Assembly (NCBI GenBank): GCA_959608625.1
Contig: CAUHQV010000007.1
Location: forward strand, 589-64,588
Source: an uncultured Flavobacteriales bacterium
GTDB taxonomy: Bacteria; Bacteroidota; Bacteroidia; Flavobacteriales; UBA1820
Direction: 5' to 3'
Length of the DNA: 64,000 bases
The notes beneath the pieces were generated by a model. The model was given only the letters and a program-made list of their open reading frames with translations, did no database searches and was not told the origin of the DNA. This document shows, piece after piece, positions 17,641-26,465 of this stretch. The stretch's first letter is position 1. The number at the start of each line of letters is the position of its first letter. The translations under genes and the position numbers were made by a program.

Positions 17641-18861
17641 ATGAAACTGCTACACTTCTTTTTCATCTTTCCGATCCTGCTGGCCATCGGCTGCGGCTCT
17701 TCCGCCGCCCCGTCCGGTACGGCCGGCAACGATGTCGCACAAAGGGACACAATACAGGACAAAGGCCCCGCATTCGACGGACATATCTACCTGCCGGCAA
17801 CGGTACGCGATTCCGTGCAGGGCGAGTTCGTATTCGATACCGGTGCCTCGGATCTCTACCTGGACAGCCTGTTTCACGTCCGGAAACTTTCAGAAGCTAT
17901 GCCTGCCGGCAAAGGGATGATAGGCGGAGTGGGCGGGAAAATGCAGGCCGTACGCATCCTGCTGGAGCCTTTTGCCTTTACACTCCCCTCGGGCAACTAT
18001 CAGTCTTCGAAAGTCACGCCGCTGCTTCGCCTGAAAGAGATCCTGGGGCGCCGCGTGGACGGGATCGTCGGCCAGAATTTTTTCAAGGGGAAATACATCG
18101 CGATAAATTACCGCGACGGCAGTTTCAAAGCAACAGATAGTCCGGATACGACCGGTTACCGCCGTATCCCGCTGCTCTACCGGGACGGCAGGTTGTTTCT
18201 CGAAGGGGCCGTATCGGTAGCCGGGAAAACGATAGAGGGAACATTCCTGCTCGATACAGGCAGCGGCGGATCTGCCGACTTTACTTCCCATGCGGCGCAA
18301 AAATACGGACTACCGGATGCCGGCATCGAAAAATCGGCCTACCGCAACACGAGCGGAGGAATAGGCGGGGAATCCCATCATGTAAAATGTATCGCGCAAG
18401 AAGTAGTCCTCGATACGTTCCGGCTGAAAGACATCGGGATCGCCTATTCGCAGGACAAGGCAGGTTCGCTCGCTTCTGAAAAATACGACGGTTTGATCGG
18501 CAACCAAGTACTGAGCCGTTTCGACGTCATCATCGACCTGAAAGATATGAATCTTTTCCTGCGCCCGAACGCGGACTACGGCAAGCCATTCAAGAACTAC
18601 GGGCACGGTATTCTCTACGTAGACCGTACGGATATTTACGACGGATTTGTGGTAACCGGGATGCGCGTAGGCGGAGAAGCCGAAAAAGCCGGGCTGAAAG
18701 AAAACGACATTCTGGTCGCTATCGACTCCGCCCCGTTGAAAGAACTGTCGCGGAAAGAGGTAAACAAACTGCTGAACGATTCCGCAAAGCCGCACGTCCT
18801 TTCGGTACAGCGCAACGGGGAAGCCCTGGAACTGAACTACCAGTCCGACCAGGCTTTATAA
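17641..18861 (+). CDS. Lipoprotein with two retropepsin-like aspartyl protease lobes and a C-terminal PDZ domain
   Basis: 406 aa. It has a lipobox (LLAIGC), two D-T-G-A/S motifs (FVFDTGASDLY and FLLDTGSGGSADF) and a PDZ-like C-terminus (GFVVTGMRVGGEAEKAGLKENDILVAIDS). Confidence 0.7.
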   Translation: MKLLHFFFIFPILLAIGCGSSAAPSGTAGNDVAQRDTIQDKGPAFDGHIYLPATVRDSVQGEFVFDTGASDLYLDSLFHVRKLSEAMPAGKGMIGGVGGKMQAVRILLEPFAFTLPSGNYQSSKVTPLLRLKEILGRRVDGIVGQNFFKGKYIAINYRDGSFKATDSPDTTGYRRIPLLYRDGRLFLEGAVSVAGKTIEGTFLLDTGSGGSADFTSHAAQKYGLPDAGIEKSAYRNTSGGIGGESHHVKCIAQEVVLDTFRLKDIGIAYSQDKAGSLASEKYDGLIGNQVLSRFDVIIDLKDMNLFLRPNADYGKPFKNYGHGILYVDRTDIYDGFVVTGMRVGGEAEKAGLKENDILVAIDSAPLKELSRKEVNKLLNDSAKPHVLSVQRNGEALELNYQSDQAL

Positions 18862-18945
18862 CCCTGGCAGTCCCCTTCCCGGGAGATAAAACACCCCCAT
18901 AATGGGCCTTATCTCCGGGGTTCTCCGGCGGAAAATCCTTAAACC

Positions 18946-19299
18946 ATGAGCAAAGCAACCATCAAAGATGCTATACCGGTCGGATATGATCCGGAAACTT
19001 TCATCCGGGATGTTCATGCCGTCGTAGCAGCCATCCCGGGAGGATGTGTCGTCTCATACGGCGATATCGCCCATCTGGTGGGACAGCCGAACCGGTCCCG
19101 CATGGTAGGGCGTGCCCTTCGATCCGCCCCGGAGATAGCCGGCCTCCCCTGCCACCGGGTGGTGAACAACGCCGGAAGGCTCGCTCCGGGCTGGGCGGCC
19201 CAGAGGCAAAAATTAGCCGATGAAGGTGTCTCCTTCCGCCGGAACGGACATGTGGATATGGGAAAACACCGCTGGCGCTATAGCGAAGCGGAAGAATGA
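18946..19299 (+). CDS. MGMT-family protein (methylated-DNA-protein-cysteine methyltransferase DNA-binding domain only)
   Basis: 117 aa with the PCHRVV motif and a helix-turn-helix region (YGDIAHLVGQPNRSRMVGRAL). Confidence 0.75.
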   Translation: MSKATIKDAIPVGYDPETFIRDVHAVVAAIPGGCVVSYGDIAHLVGQPNRSRMVGRALRSAPEIAGLPCHRVVNNAGRLAPGWAAQRQKLADEGVSFRRNGHVDMGKHRWRYSEAEE

Positions 19300-19310
19300 A
19301 TCGCTCCTGT

Positions 19311-19356
19311 AAAAAATAAAAAGCGACCGGATGGTTTTCCATCCGGTCGCGTTTTA
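19311..19356. terminator. Bidirectional terminator between the MGMT-family gene (+) and pheS (-)
   Basis: 12-bp stem GCGACCGGATGG-tttt-CCATCCGGTCGC flanked by an A-tract and a T-tract. Confidence 0.9.
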
Positions 19357-19377
19357 TATTATATGGAGTATTCTCTT

Positions 19378-20397
19378 TTAGAGGGCGCTCTGGAACTGCT
19401 CCAGGAAACGCACGTCGTTCTCGAAATACAGACGCAGATCTTTCACCTGGTACAACAGCATCGCCATACGCTCGATACCCATACCGAATGCATACCCGGT
19501 ATAGACGTCCGGATCGATGCCCACATTCCGAAGTACGTTCGGGTCGACCATTCCGCAGCCCATGATCTCGAGCCAGCCGGTGCCTTTGGTGATCCGGTAG
19601 TCCGCTTCGGTTTCGAGTCCCCAGTACACGTCCACTTCGGCGGAAGGCTCGGTAAACGGGAAATAAGACGGGCGCAGGCGAATTTTCGATTTGCCGAACA
19701 TCTCGTGCGTAAAATACAGCAGCGCCTGCTTGAGATCGGCGAACGACACATCCTTATCGATATAAAGTCCTTCTACCTGGTGGAACATGCAGTGCGCGCG
19801 GTACGAGATGACCTCGTTTCGGAACACACGCCCCGGGGAGATAATGCGGATCGGAGGCTTGTTCTCTTCCATATGGCGCGCCTGCACCGAACTGGTCTGC
19901 GTACGAAGCAGGATGGACGGATCGGTCTGAATAAAGAACGTATCCTGCATATCGCGGGCCGGATGGTGCTCCGGAAGGTTTAAGGCGGTGAAATTATGCC
20001 AGTCGTCCTCTATCTCGGGGCCGTCCGCAATGGTGAACCCGATGCGGGAGAATATATCCACCACCTGGCGGCGCACTTCCGAGATCGGATGGCGCGAACC
20101 GATAGGCTCTGTCAGGGCCGGACGCGAAAGGTCTTCCCGCTGGGCGGACTGCTCTTTGGCAGCTTCGAACTGCTCCTTCAGGGCATTGACACGCTCTGAA
20201 GCTTCGGTTTTCAGTTGATTCAACCATTGCCCTATCTCACGTTTACTCTCGTTGGGAGCTTTTTTGAAATCTTCGAAAAGGTCGTTCAGCACCCCTTTTT
20301 TACCGAGGTACTTGATCCTGAAATTCTCGAGGTCTTCCATCGTGGAAGCTTTGAACGATTCCACCTGCGAGAGGTACTCTTTTATCTTGTCGAGCAT
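19378..20397 (-). CDS. pheS: Phenylalanine-tRNA ligase alpha subunit
   Basis: Trimmed to MLDKIKEYLSQVE. Class II aaRS motifs are present (HPARDMQDTFF, RVFRNE, FPFTEPSAEVDV, GMGIERMAML). Confidence 0.93.
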   Translation of the reverse strand: MLDKIKEYLSQVESFKASTMEDLENFRIKYLGKKGVLNDLFEDFKKAPNESKREIGQWLNQLKTEASERVNALKEQFEAAKEQSAQREDLSRPALTEPIGSRHPISEVRRQVVDIFSRIGFTIADGPEIEDDWHNFTALNLPEHHPARDMQDTFFIQTDPSILLRTQTSSVQARHMEENKPPIRIISPGRVFRNEVISYRAHCMFHQVEGLYIDKDVSFADLKQALLYFTHEMFGKSKIRLRPSYFPFTEPSAEVDVYWGLETEADYRITKGTGWLEIMGCGMVDPNVLRNVGIDPDVYTGYAFGMGIERMAMLLYQVKDLRLYFENDVRFLEQFQSAL

Positions 20398-20418
20398 TTT
20401 ACAATATTTTATAATATG

Positions 20419-20426
20419 CAAAATTA
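20419..20426 (-). promoter_or_regulatory. Candidate -7 box (TAATTTTG on the minus strand) for pheS
   Basis: It lies 22 nt upstream of ATG 20397 and inside the longer track ORF, which supports the trimmed start. Confidence 0.5.
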
Positions 20427-20477
20427 GCAATTTCCGCCGATTGACGCCCCTTCGGGAGGCGCTTTTTTACAGCCGGG

Positions 20478-20936
20478 TCAGATGAACGGGCTTATTTCTT
20501 CCGCCGCGCCTTCCAGCAATTCCACGTCCTCTTTGGAAAAACCGTCAGGGGTAAAGGAATCGACATCCAGCACGGCTATCACCTGGCCGGCACGCAATAC
20601 CGGCACTACGGCCTCGCTTTTTACCCGGATGCTGCATGAAATATAATTATCTTCTTTCGTCACGTCGGATACCACCAATTTCTCCCCGGTCTCGGCTACC
20701 CGGCCGCATACCCCATCTCCGTACGGTATTTCGACGTGTTCGGTTTCCTCGCCCGAATAAGGGCCTATCTCGAGTTTCCTTGCGGCTGGGACACAGCGGT
20801 ACACCCCTACCCAATTGAAATGGGACACCCCGTCCAAAAGCATCTGGCAAACGAACCGTATCACATCGTCGCTATCCATGTCCGAATCCACCGCGGACTT
20901 TATCTCCCCGAAAAGGAGCGCATGGCGTTTGTTCAT
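20478..20936 (-). CDS. GAF-domain protein, free methionine-(R)-sulfoxide reductase-like
   Basis: 152 aa. GDGVCGRVAETG and NYISCSIRVKSEAVVPV match the conserved Cys contexts of the YebR/fRMsr GAF family, as I recall them. Confidence 0.65.
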   Translation of the reverse strand: MNKRHALLFGEIKSAVDSDMDSDDVIRFVCQMLLDGVSHFNWVGVYRCVPAARKLEIGPYSGEETEHVEIPYGDGVCGRVAETGEKLVVSDVTKEDNYISCSIRVKSEAVVPVLRAGQVIAVLDVDSFTPDGFSKEDVELLEGAAEEISPFI

Positions 20937-20992
20937 ATTGTTTTACGTTTTACTCTGTATGCAATCTCTCCGATCCCGATAATCGTGTTTTC

Positions 20993-21703
20993 TTACTTGT
21001 ATTCTTTTTCTATTGCCGCCAACGTGGCGTCGATCGTTTCCAGATATTGATTGTAAACAGACTGTGGGTCGTGGCAGTTCAGAATGTACTGTACGAACAT
21101 GATTCCTTCCGTCCGGTTGAAAAGCAACGCCCATATTTCCTGAGGTATTTGCGGATTATTGGCAAAAAAATCATTGATTCCCGGGTTGGCCATCAGCTTT
21201 TCCTGCATCATTTTTTTTGTGTTGATGAAAGATTCAAAGGTCATAGCGGCGGATTTAACGGCGTCATACGAACGGATAATCTGCAGCGCCAGTTCTTTGT
21301 TTTTGACTTTCTGAATGAGGGAGGACATTTTGAGCATTTCCATGGCATCGCTCGTATACGTATAGGTCCCCATCTGAAACGGTTGGAAGGCGTATAGGTA
21401 TAGAGAATCGGATGAAACGCGATTCAAGTCGTTTTTATGGCTGAACAGATAACGGGCGGCATTTTGTTCCCGGATTTCCCGGTCGAGCATCTCCTGTACA
21501 ACTCCCCGGTTGATCCGGAGTTCACTTTTTACCAATTGCATGGCTTTGCTCACTTCCTGCCGGGAATTTCGCTTGGAAATAAGATCACCGCCTATAAAAG
21601 TAATCGCAATACCCAATACTACAGCTACAAAATTGCGGAAAAAATCACCCATTTTCCATTTGGAGAAAATACCTTTCAGTTTCTTTCCGGGATGTTTCGA
21701 CAT
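20993..21703 (-). CDS. Hypothetical single-pass membrane protein
   Basis: 236 aa with one N-terminal TM segment (FFRNFVAVVLGIAITFIGGDLI) followed by a helical-looking domain. The gene is AT-richer than its flanks and has no recognisable motif. Confidence 0.55.
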   Translation of the reverse strand: MSKHPGKKLKGIFSKWKMGDFFRNFVAVVLGIAITFIGGDLISKRNSRQEVSKAMQLVKSELRINRGVVQEMLDREIREQNAARYLFSHKNDLNRVSSDSLYLYAFQPFQMGTYTYTSDAMEMLKMSSLIQKVKNKELALQIIRSYDAVKSAAMTFESFINTKKMMQEKLMANPGINDFFANNPQIPQEIWALLFNRTEGIMFVQYILNCHDPQSVYNQYLETIDATLAAIEKEYK

Positions 21704-21724
21704 AATTCAATGCTTTAGAACAAA

Positions 21725-21732
21725 CAAAGATA
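21725..21732 (-). promoter_or_regulatory. Candidate -7 box (TATCTTTG on the minus strand) for 20993..21703
   Basis: It lies 22 nt upstream of ATG 21703, immediately after the fbaA terminator. Confidence 0.5.
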
Positions 21733-21757
21733 AAAAACCTTTCGGGCGGTTGCAAAC

Positions 21758-21789
21758 AAAAACGTCCGCACCTATGGTGCGGACGTTTT
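21758..21789 (-). terminator. Rho-independent terminator after fbaA
   Basis: 10-bp stem CGTCCGCACC-tat-GGTGCGGACG, followed on the minus strand by UUUUUG. Confidence 0.85.
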
Positions 21790-21808
21790 AATGGGAATAG
21801 CAATCCGT

Positions 21809-22879
21809 TTACTTCAGCACGTCTACACACAGGAGGTCTTCGAAGGCCACCTTGATGCGGGCGCGAAGCGTATCCTCTCCTTTGCGGAGCCATACGCGCG
21901 GGTCGTAATATTTCTTGTTGGGCGCGTCCTCGCCTTCGGGGTTGCCCACCTGGGTCTGCAGGTACGCTTTCTTCTGCTCCATATAGTCGCGGATGCCTTC
22001 CATAAAAGCGAACTGGGTATCGGTGTCGATGTTCATCTTCACCACGCCGTAGCCGATCGCCTCGCGGATTTCCTCCAGGGAAGAACCGGAACCGCCGTGG
22101 AATACCATGTTGACCGGTTTGGCAGCCGTATTGTACTTTTTCTGGATATATTCCTGCGAATCGCGCAGGATTGTCGGTTTCAGCACCACGTTACCCGGCT
22201 TGTACACTCCGTGCACGTTTCCGAAAGAAGCGGCGATAGTGAAGTTCGGGCTGATCTTCATCAACTCCTCGTACGCGTAAGCCACATCTTCAGGCTGTGT
22301 GTACAAGCGGCTGGCATCCACACCGGAGTGGTCTACCCCGTCCTCTTCACCGCCGGTGATGCCGAGCTCTATTTCGAGGGTCATGCCCATCTTGCTCATG
22401 CGGGCGAGGTATTTTTTGCAGATCTCGATATTGTCCTTCAGGGATTCGGTGGACAGGTCTATCATATGCGAAGAGAAGAGCGGTTTTCCGGTGCGGGCGT
22501 AGAATTTTTCGCCGGCATCCAAAAGTCCGTCCACCCAAGGGAGGAGTTTCTTGGCGCAATGGTCGGTATGAAGCACCACGGGAATACCGTAAAGTTCGGC
22601 CATCGTATGTACGTGCTCGGCCCCGCAGATAGCGCCGGCGATAGCTGCCTGCTGCGCATCGTTAGGCACGGATTTTCCGGCGATAAAAGCAGCGCCTCCG
22701 TTGGAGAACTGTACGATCACGGGCGAATTCACGTCCTTGGCCGTTTCCATCACGGCGTTGATAGTGTTGGTGCCCGTGCAGTTCACTGCCGGCATGGCAA
22801 ATCCTTTTTCCTTGGCAAAGGCGAACAGTTCGGCCAGGCCCTCTCCTGTTACGACTCCCGGTTTGATTTTTTGGCTCAT
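21809..22879 (-). CDS. fbaA: Class II fructose-1,6-bisphosphate aldolase
   Basis: 356 aa. MSQKIKPGVVTGEGL...AMPAVNCTGTNT...VVLHTDHC...FGNVHGVYKPGNV...VFHGGSGS. Confidence 0.93.
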   Translation of the reverse strand: MSQKIKPGVVTGEGLAELFAFAKEKGFAMPAVNCTGTNTINAVMETAKDVNSPVIVQFSNGGAAFIAGKSVPNDAQQAAIAGAICGAEHVHTMAELYGIPVVLHTDHCAKKLLPWVDGLLDAGEKFYARTGKPLFSSHMIDLSTESLKDNIEICKKYLARMSKMGMTLEIELGITGGEEDGVDHSGVDASRLYTQPEDVAYAYEELMKISPNFTIAASFGNVHGVYKPGNVVLKPTILRDSQEYIQKKYNTAAKPVNMVFHGGSGSSLEEIREAIGYGVVKMNIDTDTQFAFMEGIRDYMEQKKAYLQTQVGNPEGEDAPNKKYYDPRVWLRKGEDTLRARIKVAFEDLLCVDVLK

Positions 22880-22956
22880 TGTATATTTATTGGTTTTACG
22901 GCGAAGGCCGAAGAAGCCTTCAATTTTGTTGATTTGATTTTACTTAAAAAGCTCGG

Positions 22957-22964
22957 CAAAGATA
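22957..22964 (-). promoter_or_regulatory. Candidate -7 box (TATCTTTG on the minus strand) for fbaA
   Basis: It lies about 78 nt upstream of ATG 22879. The leader contains a GAAGGC-ttcttcg-GCCTTC hairpin. Confidence 0.45.
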
Positions 22965-23037
22965 CGGTTTTTCCGCTATGCGGCAAAGCGTTTCAGGTGC
23001 GTTTTAAGCATCTGTCCCGACAGCAGCACGGCGCCGT

Positions 23038-24084
23038 TCAGTCAAGCAACGGAAGCTGGTAACGATATACTTTTTCAAAATCTAGCTGATCGTCGTAACC
23101 GTATAGCCATCCGTCATAGACCAGCAAACGGTTTATCTTTTTATCAAGCGAATATTTTCTTTTAAAACTCCCTTGCCAGTCATAGACCAAAACCGCACTC
23201 GAAAGAGTTGCCCCCTCGGGCAGCTCAAAGCGTTCGACCATAGATTTTCCAGTCTCCCGGGACAGATCCGTTTCTAAAATATATACATAAGAGGTATCCG
23301 CCGTTATAGCACCGTAATACTTTATTTTTTCGCTCTCCCAAAGCCCAGCGCGCTGCAACTGTTCGACCGAACGCCTGTCGCCTGTCGCCTTTTGCAACAA
23401 AAACCGGCCGGTTGACACCTCATAAAATTCCACACGGTCCGTGTACTCATAATTGACGACAAGTATCTTTCCATTCGAAACATACCCCGGCACGTTGATC
23501 AACGTACTGGCCGACCATCCATTTCCATGTTCTTCCTGCCGGAAACTCTTCAGCGGCAAGGAATCCACCGCTTTTCCGCCCAGCAGGTCGATCAGACTCA
23601 TTCCAAATTGTTGCTGTCCGTCAATGCTATAAACTTCTCCCAAAGCCAGCGAATCGTTGAACACCAATATAGGATCGTCACAATCTTCGCAAGGGCGAAA
23701 ACGAACATACTTGCACAGACTGTCTTGTCCGGCCGTAAAGCCCATAACGGATTCCCGGGCCCAATCCATCACCCAAAATACCGGTATGGAAATATTTTGC
23801 CGCAACAATTCTTCATCCGACACTTCCTCAGGGCCTTCACCCCGGCCGACGGCACAATACCGGTATTCAAATTCCGGCAGGCCATAAACATAGAACGCCG
23901 TATCCATTTCCTCGGCATGAACTACACATTTATCCCCGACTACGATCCAAGCATACGGTTTGATGATCTGCCGGATAGTTATACTGTCTGCCGAAAGGAG
24001 CATGCTATCGGAGCCTCCAGCCTTCCGACCGCTACAGGATACGGCAAAAACCGCCGCACAGATAAAAAGAAATGCCGTTTTCAT
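23038..24084 (-). CDS. Hypothetical lipoprotein, probably the 6-bladed beta-propeller (BF3164-like) family
   Basis: 348 aa with a lipobox (AVFAVSC) and repetitive beta-rich sequence. The family call comes from memory of similar Bacteroides lipoproteins and is unverified. Confidence 0.5.
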   Translation of the reverse strand: MKTAFLFICAAVFAVSCSGRKAGGSDSMLLSADSITIRQIIKPYAWIVVGDKCVVHAEEMDTAFYVYGLPEFEYRYCAVGRGEGPEEVSDEELLRQNISIPVFWVMDWARESVMGFTAGQDSLCKYVRFRPCEDCDDPILVFNDSLALGEVYSIDGQQQFGMSLIDLLGGKAVDSLPLKSFRQEEHGNGWSASTLINVPGYVSNGKILVVNYEYTDRVEFYEVSTGRFLLQKATGDRRSVEQLQRAGLWESEKIKYYGAITADTSYVYILETDLSRETGKSMVERFELPEGATLSSAVLVYDWQGSFKRKYSLDKKINRLLVYDGWLYGYDDQLDFEKVYRYQLPLLD

Positions 24085-24085
24085 T

Positions 24086-24763
24086 TTATTCGTCCTTTAA
24101 TTGTCCATCCACCCAACTGCGGATACGCGACATCCCGTCCGGACTGATCCCGTGCCCGATCGGGAATTCGCAGTATTGGTAATCGACCCCCAGATCCCGC
24201 ATGAAATCCTGTACACCGCGTCCGGCCTGTATCGGGATCACCGGATCCATCGTGCCGTGCATCGCCAAGGCCTTTACCCCGGAGTAATCGTTCTGATCCA
24301 CCGAATCGTCTATTACTCCCCTTTCCACATAGCCGCTCAGGGGAATATAACGGCGGATGAGACCGGGATATTTGGACATAATACCGTAACTCAATATGGC
24401 CCCCTGACTGAACCCCAAAAGCCATACGTGATCCGGGTCGGCCTCGTGTTTTTCGACGGCCTGCCCGATGAATTCCGCGAGTTTTTCGCGGGCGGCCACC
24501 GCCTGCGGGATATCCGATACCATTTTATCCCCTTCGTAACCGAGCGAATACCACGCCGCCCCGCCGTAAGGCAGGTCTATAGGAGCCCTCGGGGCTACGA
24601 TATGGAATACATCCGGAAATTCCCCGCCCAAAGAGAACAGGTCGTTCTCGTCGGCGCCGTACCCATGTGCCATCACAAGCATCGGATTCTTACCCTGCGG
24701 CAGCTTCCGGGCCGGTGGGGCATAATTATAAACGAGCGATAAATCTTTTTCTTTTTTCATCAT
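24086..24763 (-). CDS. Phospholipase/carboxylesterase-family alpha/beta hydrolase
   Basis: Trimmed to [14 protein letters not shown]. It has the nucleophile elbow GFSQGA plus downstream MHGTMDPV and a GHGI histidine context. Confidence 0.8.
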   Translation of the reverse strand: MMKKEKDLSLVYNYAPPARKLPQGKNPMLVMAHGYGADENDLFSLGGEFPDVFHIVAPRAPIDLPYGGAAWYSLGYEGDKMVSDIPQAVAAREKLAEFIGQAVEKHEADPDHVWLLGFSQGAILSYGIMSKYPGLIRRYIPLSGYVERGVIDDSVDQNDYSGVKALAMHGTMDPVIPIQAGRGVQDFMRDLGVDYQYCEFPIGHGISPDGMSRIRSWVDGQLKDE

Positions 24764-24783
24764 TTTACCGGGTTCGATTTGCC

Positions 24784-24791
24784 CAAAGGTA
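24784..24791 (-). promoter_or_regulatory. Candidate -7 box (TACCTTTG on the minus strand) for the esterase
   Basis: It lies 21 nt upstream of ATG 24763 and supports the trimmed start. Confidence 0.5.
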
Positions 24792-24823
24792 GGAAAAACG
24801 CGGCAAAGCCCCGCAAAGTTGCG

Positions 24824-24831
24824 TATATTTG
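24824..24831 (+). promoter_or_regulatory. Candidate -7 box (TATATTTG) for the macro-domain gene
   Basis: It ends only 4 nt before ATG 24836, which implies a leaderless or near-leaderless mRNA. Confidence 0.45.
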
Positions 24832-24835
24832 TCGT

Positions 24836-25345
24836 ATGGAAGACCCGAAGATCGAGATCGTCACCGCCGATATCACCACCCTGGATTGCGACGCCATCGT
24901 GAATGCCGCCAATAGTTCCCTGCTCGGAGGAGGCGGCGTAGACGGGGCCATCCACCGGGCTGCCGGCCCCGGTCTGCTGGAAGAGTGCCGCACATTGGGA
25001 GGGTGTCCTACGGGAGAATGCCGGGTGACCGGAGCGTACATGCTCCCCTGCCGGGCCGTCATCCATACCGTAGGCCCCGTATGGCAGGGAGGCCGCAGCG
25101 ACGAAGCGGAACTATTGGCCTCCTGTTACCGGAATTCCTTCGAAGCCGCCGCTGAGAAGGGGTTCAAGAGCATCGCTTTCCCGGGCATCAGCACCGGGGT
25201 GTACAGCTATCCGAAAGACCAAGCCGCCCGCATCGCATTACAGGAAATAAAAGCGTTCCTGCAAAAACCGTCCTCGGTGGAAAAGGTCGTCATCGTTTGC
25301 TTCCCCGCCGGGAACGAGAAATATTACACCTCTCTAAAAGACTGA
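24836..25345 (+). CDS. Macro-domain protein (O-acetyl-ADP-ribose deacetylase, YmdB-like)
   Basis: Trimmed to [44 protein letters not shown], the canonical macro-domain N-terminus. FPGISTGVY follows. Confidence 0.88.
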   Translation: MEDPKIEIVTADITTLDCDAIVNAANSSLLGGGGVDGAIHRAAGPGLLEECRTLGGCPTGECRVTGAYMLPCRAVIHTVGPVWQGGRSDEAELLASCYRNSFEAAAEKGFKSIAFPGISTGVYSYPKDQAARIALQEIKAFLQKPSSVEKVVIVCFPAGNEKYYTSLKD

Positions 25346-25351
25346 AAATCC

Positions 25352-26464
25352 ATGAATAAAGAGAAAGTAACGGTAAAAGACGTAGCCACCACCCTGGAAG
25401 AATTCGCCCCCCGGCAGTATGCCGAAGGTTTCGACAACACCGGATTGCTCGTAGGCGAGCAGGACACTGAGGTAACGGGCATCCTGGTGGCGCACGACTG
25501 CCTGGAAGAAGTGGTCGTCGAAGCCGAAGAAAAAGGCTGCAACCTGATCGTCGCTTTCCATCCCATCATCTTTTCCGGCCTGAAAAGCCTGACCGGGCGC
25601 TCTTATGTAGAGCGGGCCGTCATGCGCGCCTTGCGGGCCGGGATCGCCATTTATGCCGTTCATTCTGCGCTGGACAACTCCTTCCACGGGGTAAGCGCCG
25701 GCATGTGCGACGCGCTCGGACTCATTGGTCGGGAGATATTGATCCCCCAGGAAGGCACGATGAAAAAGATCACGACTTATGTGCCGGCCTCCCATGCCGG
25801 CCGGATACGGGAAGCCCTTTTCTCGGCGGGTGCAGGACAGATCGCCCCGTACGACTGCTGCAGCTACAATGTGGACGGCATGGGCACCTTCCGCCCACTC
25901 GAAGGGGCCGACCCTTTCGTAGGACGTATCGGTGAATTGCACCGGGAGAATGAAACGAGGATCAGTGCCGTTTTCCTGCGGCACCGGGAAAAAGATATCG
26001 TCAATGCACTTAAGAGCGCACATCCTTATGAAATACCGGCCTACGAAATATCTTCTTTAGACAATGGCTGCGGACAGATCGGAATGGGCATGACCGGCCT
26101 GTTGCCGGAGCCCCTCGATGAAGTGACTTTCCTAAAAACGCTGCGCGAACGCTTCGATGCCCGCGGTATCCGCTACTCCGCCCCGACAGGGCGGAAAATC
26201 CGGAAGGTGGCGGTGCTGGGCGGGGCAGGCAGTTTTGCCCTGAAAGCCGCGATCGCGGCCGGAGCAGACGCTTACGTGAGCGCCGATTTCAAATACCACG
26301 ATTTTTTCGGGGCCGAAGGGCGTATCCTGATAGCCGACATCGGACATTTCGAGAGCGAACGTTTCACAAAAAACATTTTGCATGACTATTTAATCAAAAT
26401 TTTCACTATTTTTGCAGTCCGTTTATCCGAGATAAACACCAACCCTATCAATTATTTGCAATAA
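25352..26464 (+). CDS. Nif3-like dinuclear metal-centre protein (GTP cyclohydrolase 1 type 2 homologue) with an inserted PII-like domain
   Basis: 370 aa. NTGLLVG...LIVAFHPIIF...IAIYAVHSALD...SADFKYHDF...IADIGHFESE. Confidence 0.85.
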   Translation: MNKEKVTVKDVATTLEEFAPRQYAEGFDNTGLLVGEQDTEVTGILVAHDCLEEVVVEAEEKGCNLIVAFHPIIFSGLKSLTGRSYVERAVMRALRAGIAIYAVHSALDNSFHGVSAGMCDALGLIGREILIPQEGTMKKITTYVPASHAGRIREALFSAGAGQIAPYDCCSYNVDGMGTFRPLEGADPFVGRIGELHRENETRISAVFLRHREKDIVNALKSAHPYEIPAYEISSLDNGCGQIGMGMTGLLPEPLDEVTFLKTLRERFDARGIRYSAPTGRKIRKVAVLGGAGSFALKAAIAAGADAYVSADFKYHDFFGAEGRILIADIGHFESERFTKNILHDYLIKIFTIFAVRLSEINTNPINYLQ

Positions 26465-26465
26465 T

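Noticed and set aside
20431-20477. Plus-strand-oriented hairpin plus T-tract (CGCCCCTTCGGGAGGCG CTTTTTT) between two minus-strand genes, the GAF gene and pheS.
   Set aside because: The stem has a mismatch and the orientation does not terminate either flanking gene. It may insulate against antisense read-through, but this cannot be supported from sequence alone.
21791-23062. 423-aa plus-strand ORF antisense to fbaA.
   Set aside because: It is a shadow of a highly conserved aldolase gene and runs through the fbaA terminator and promoter regions.
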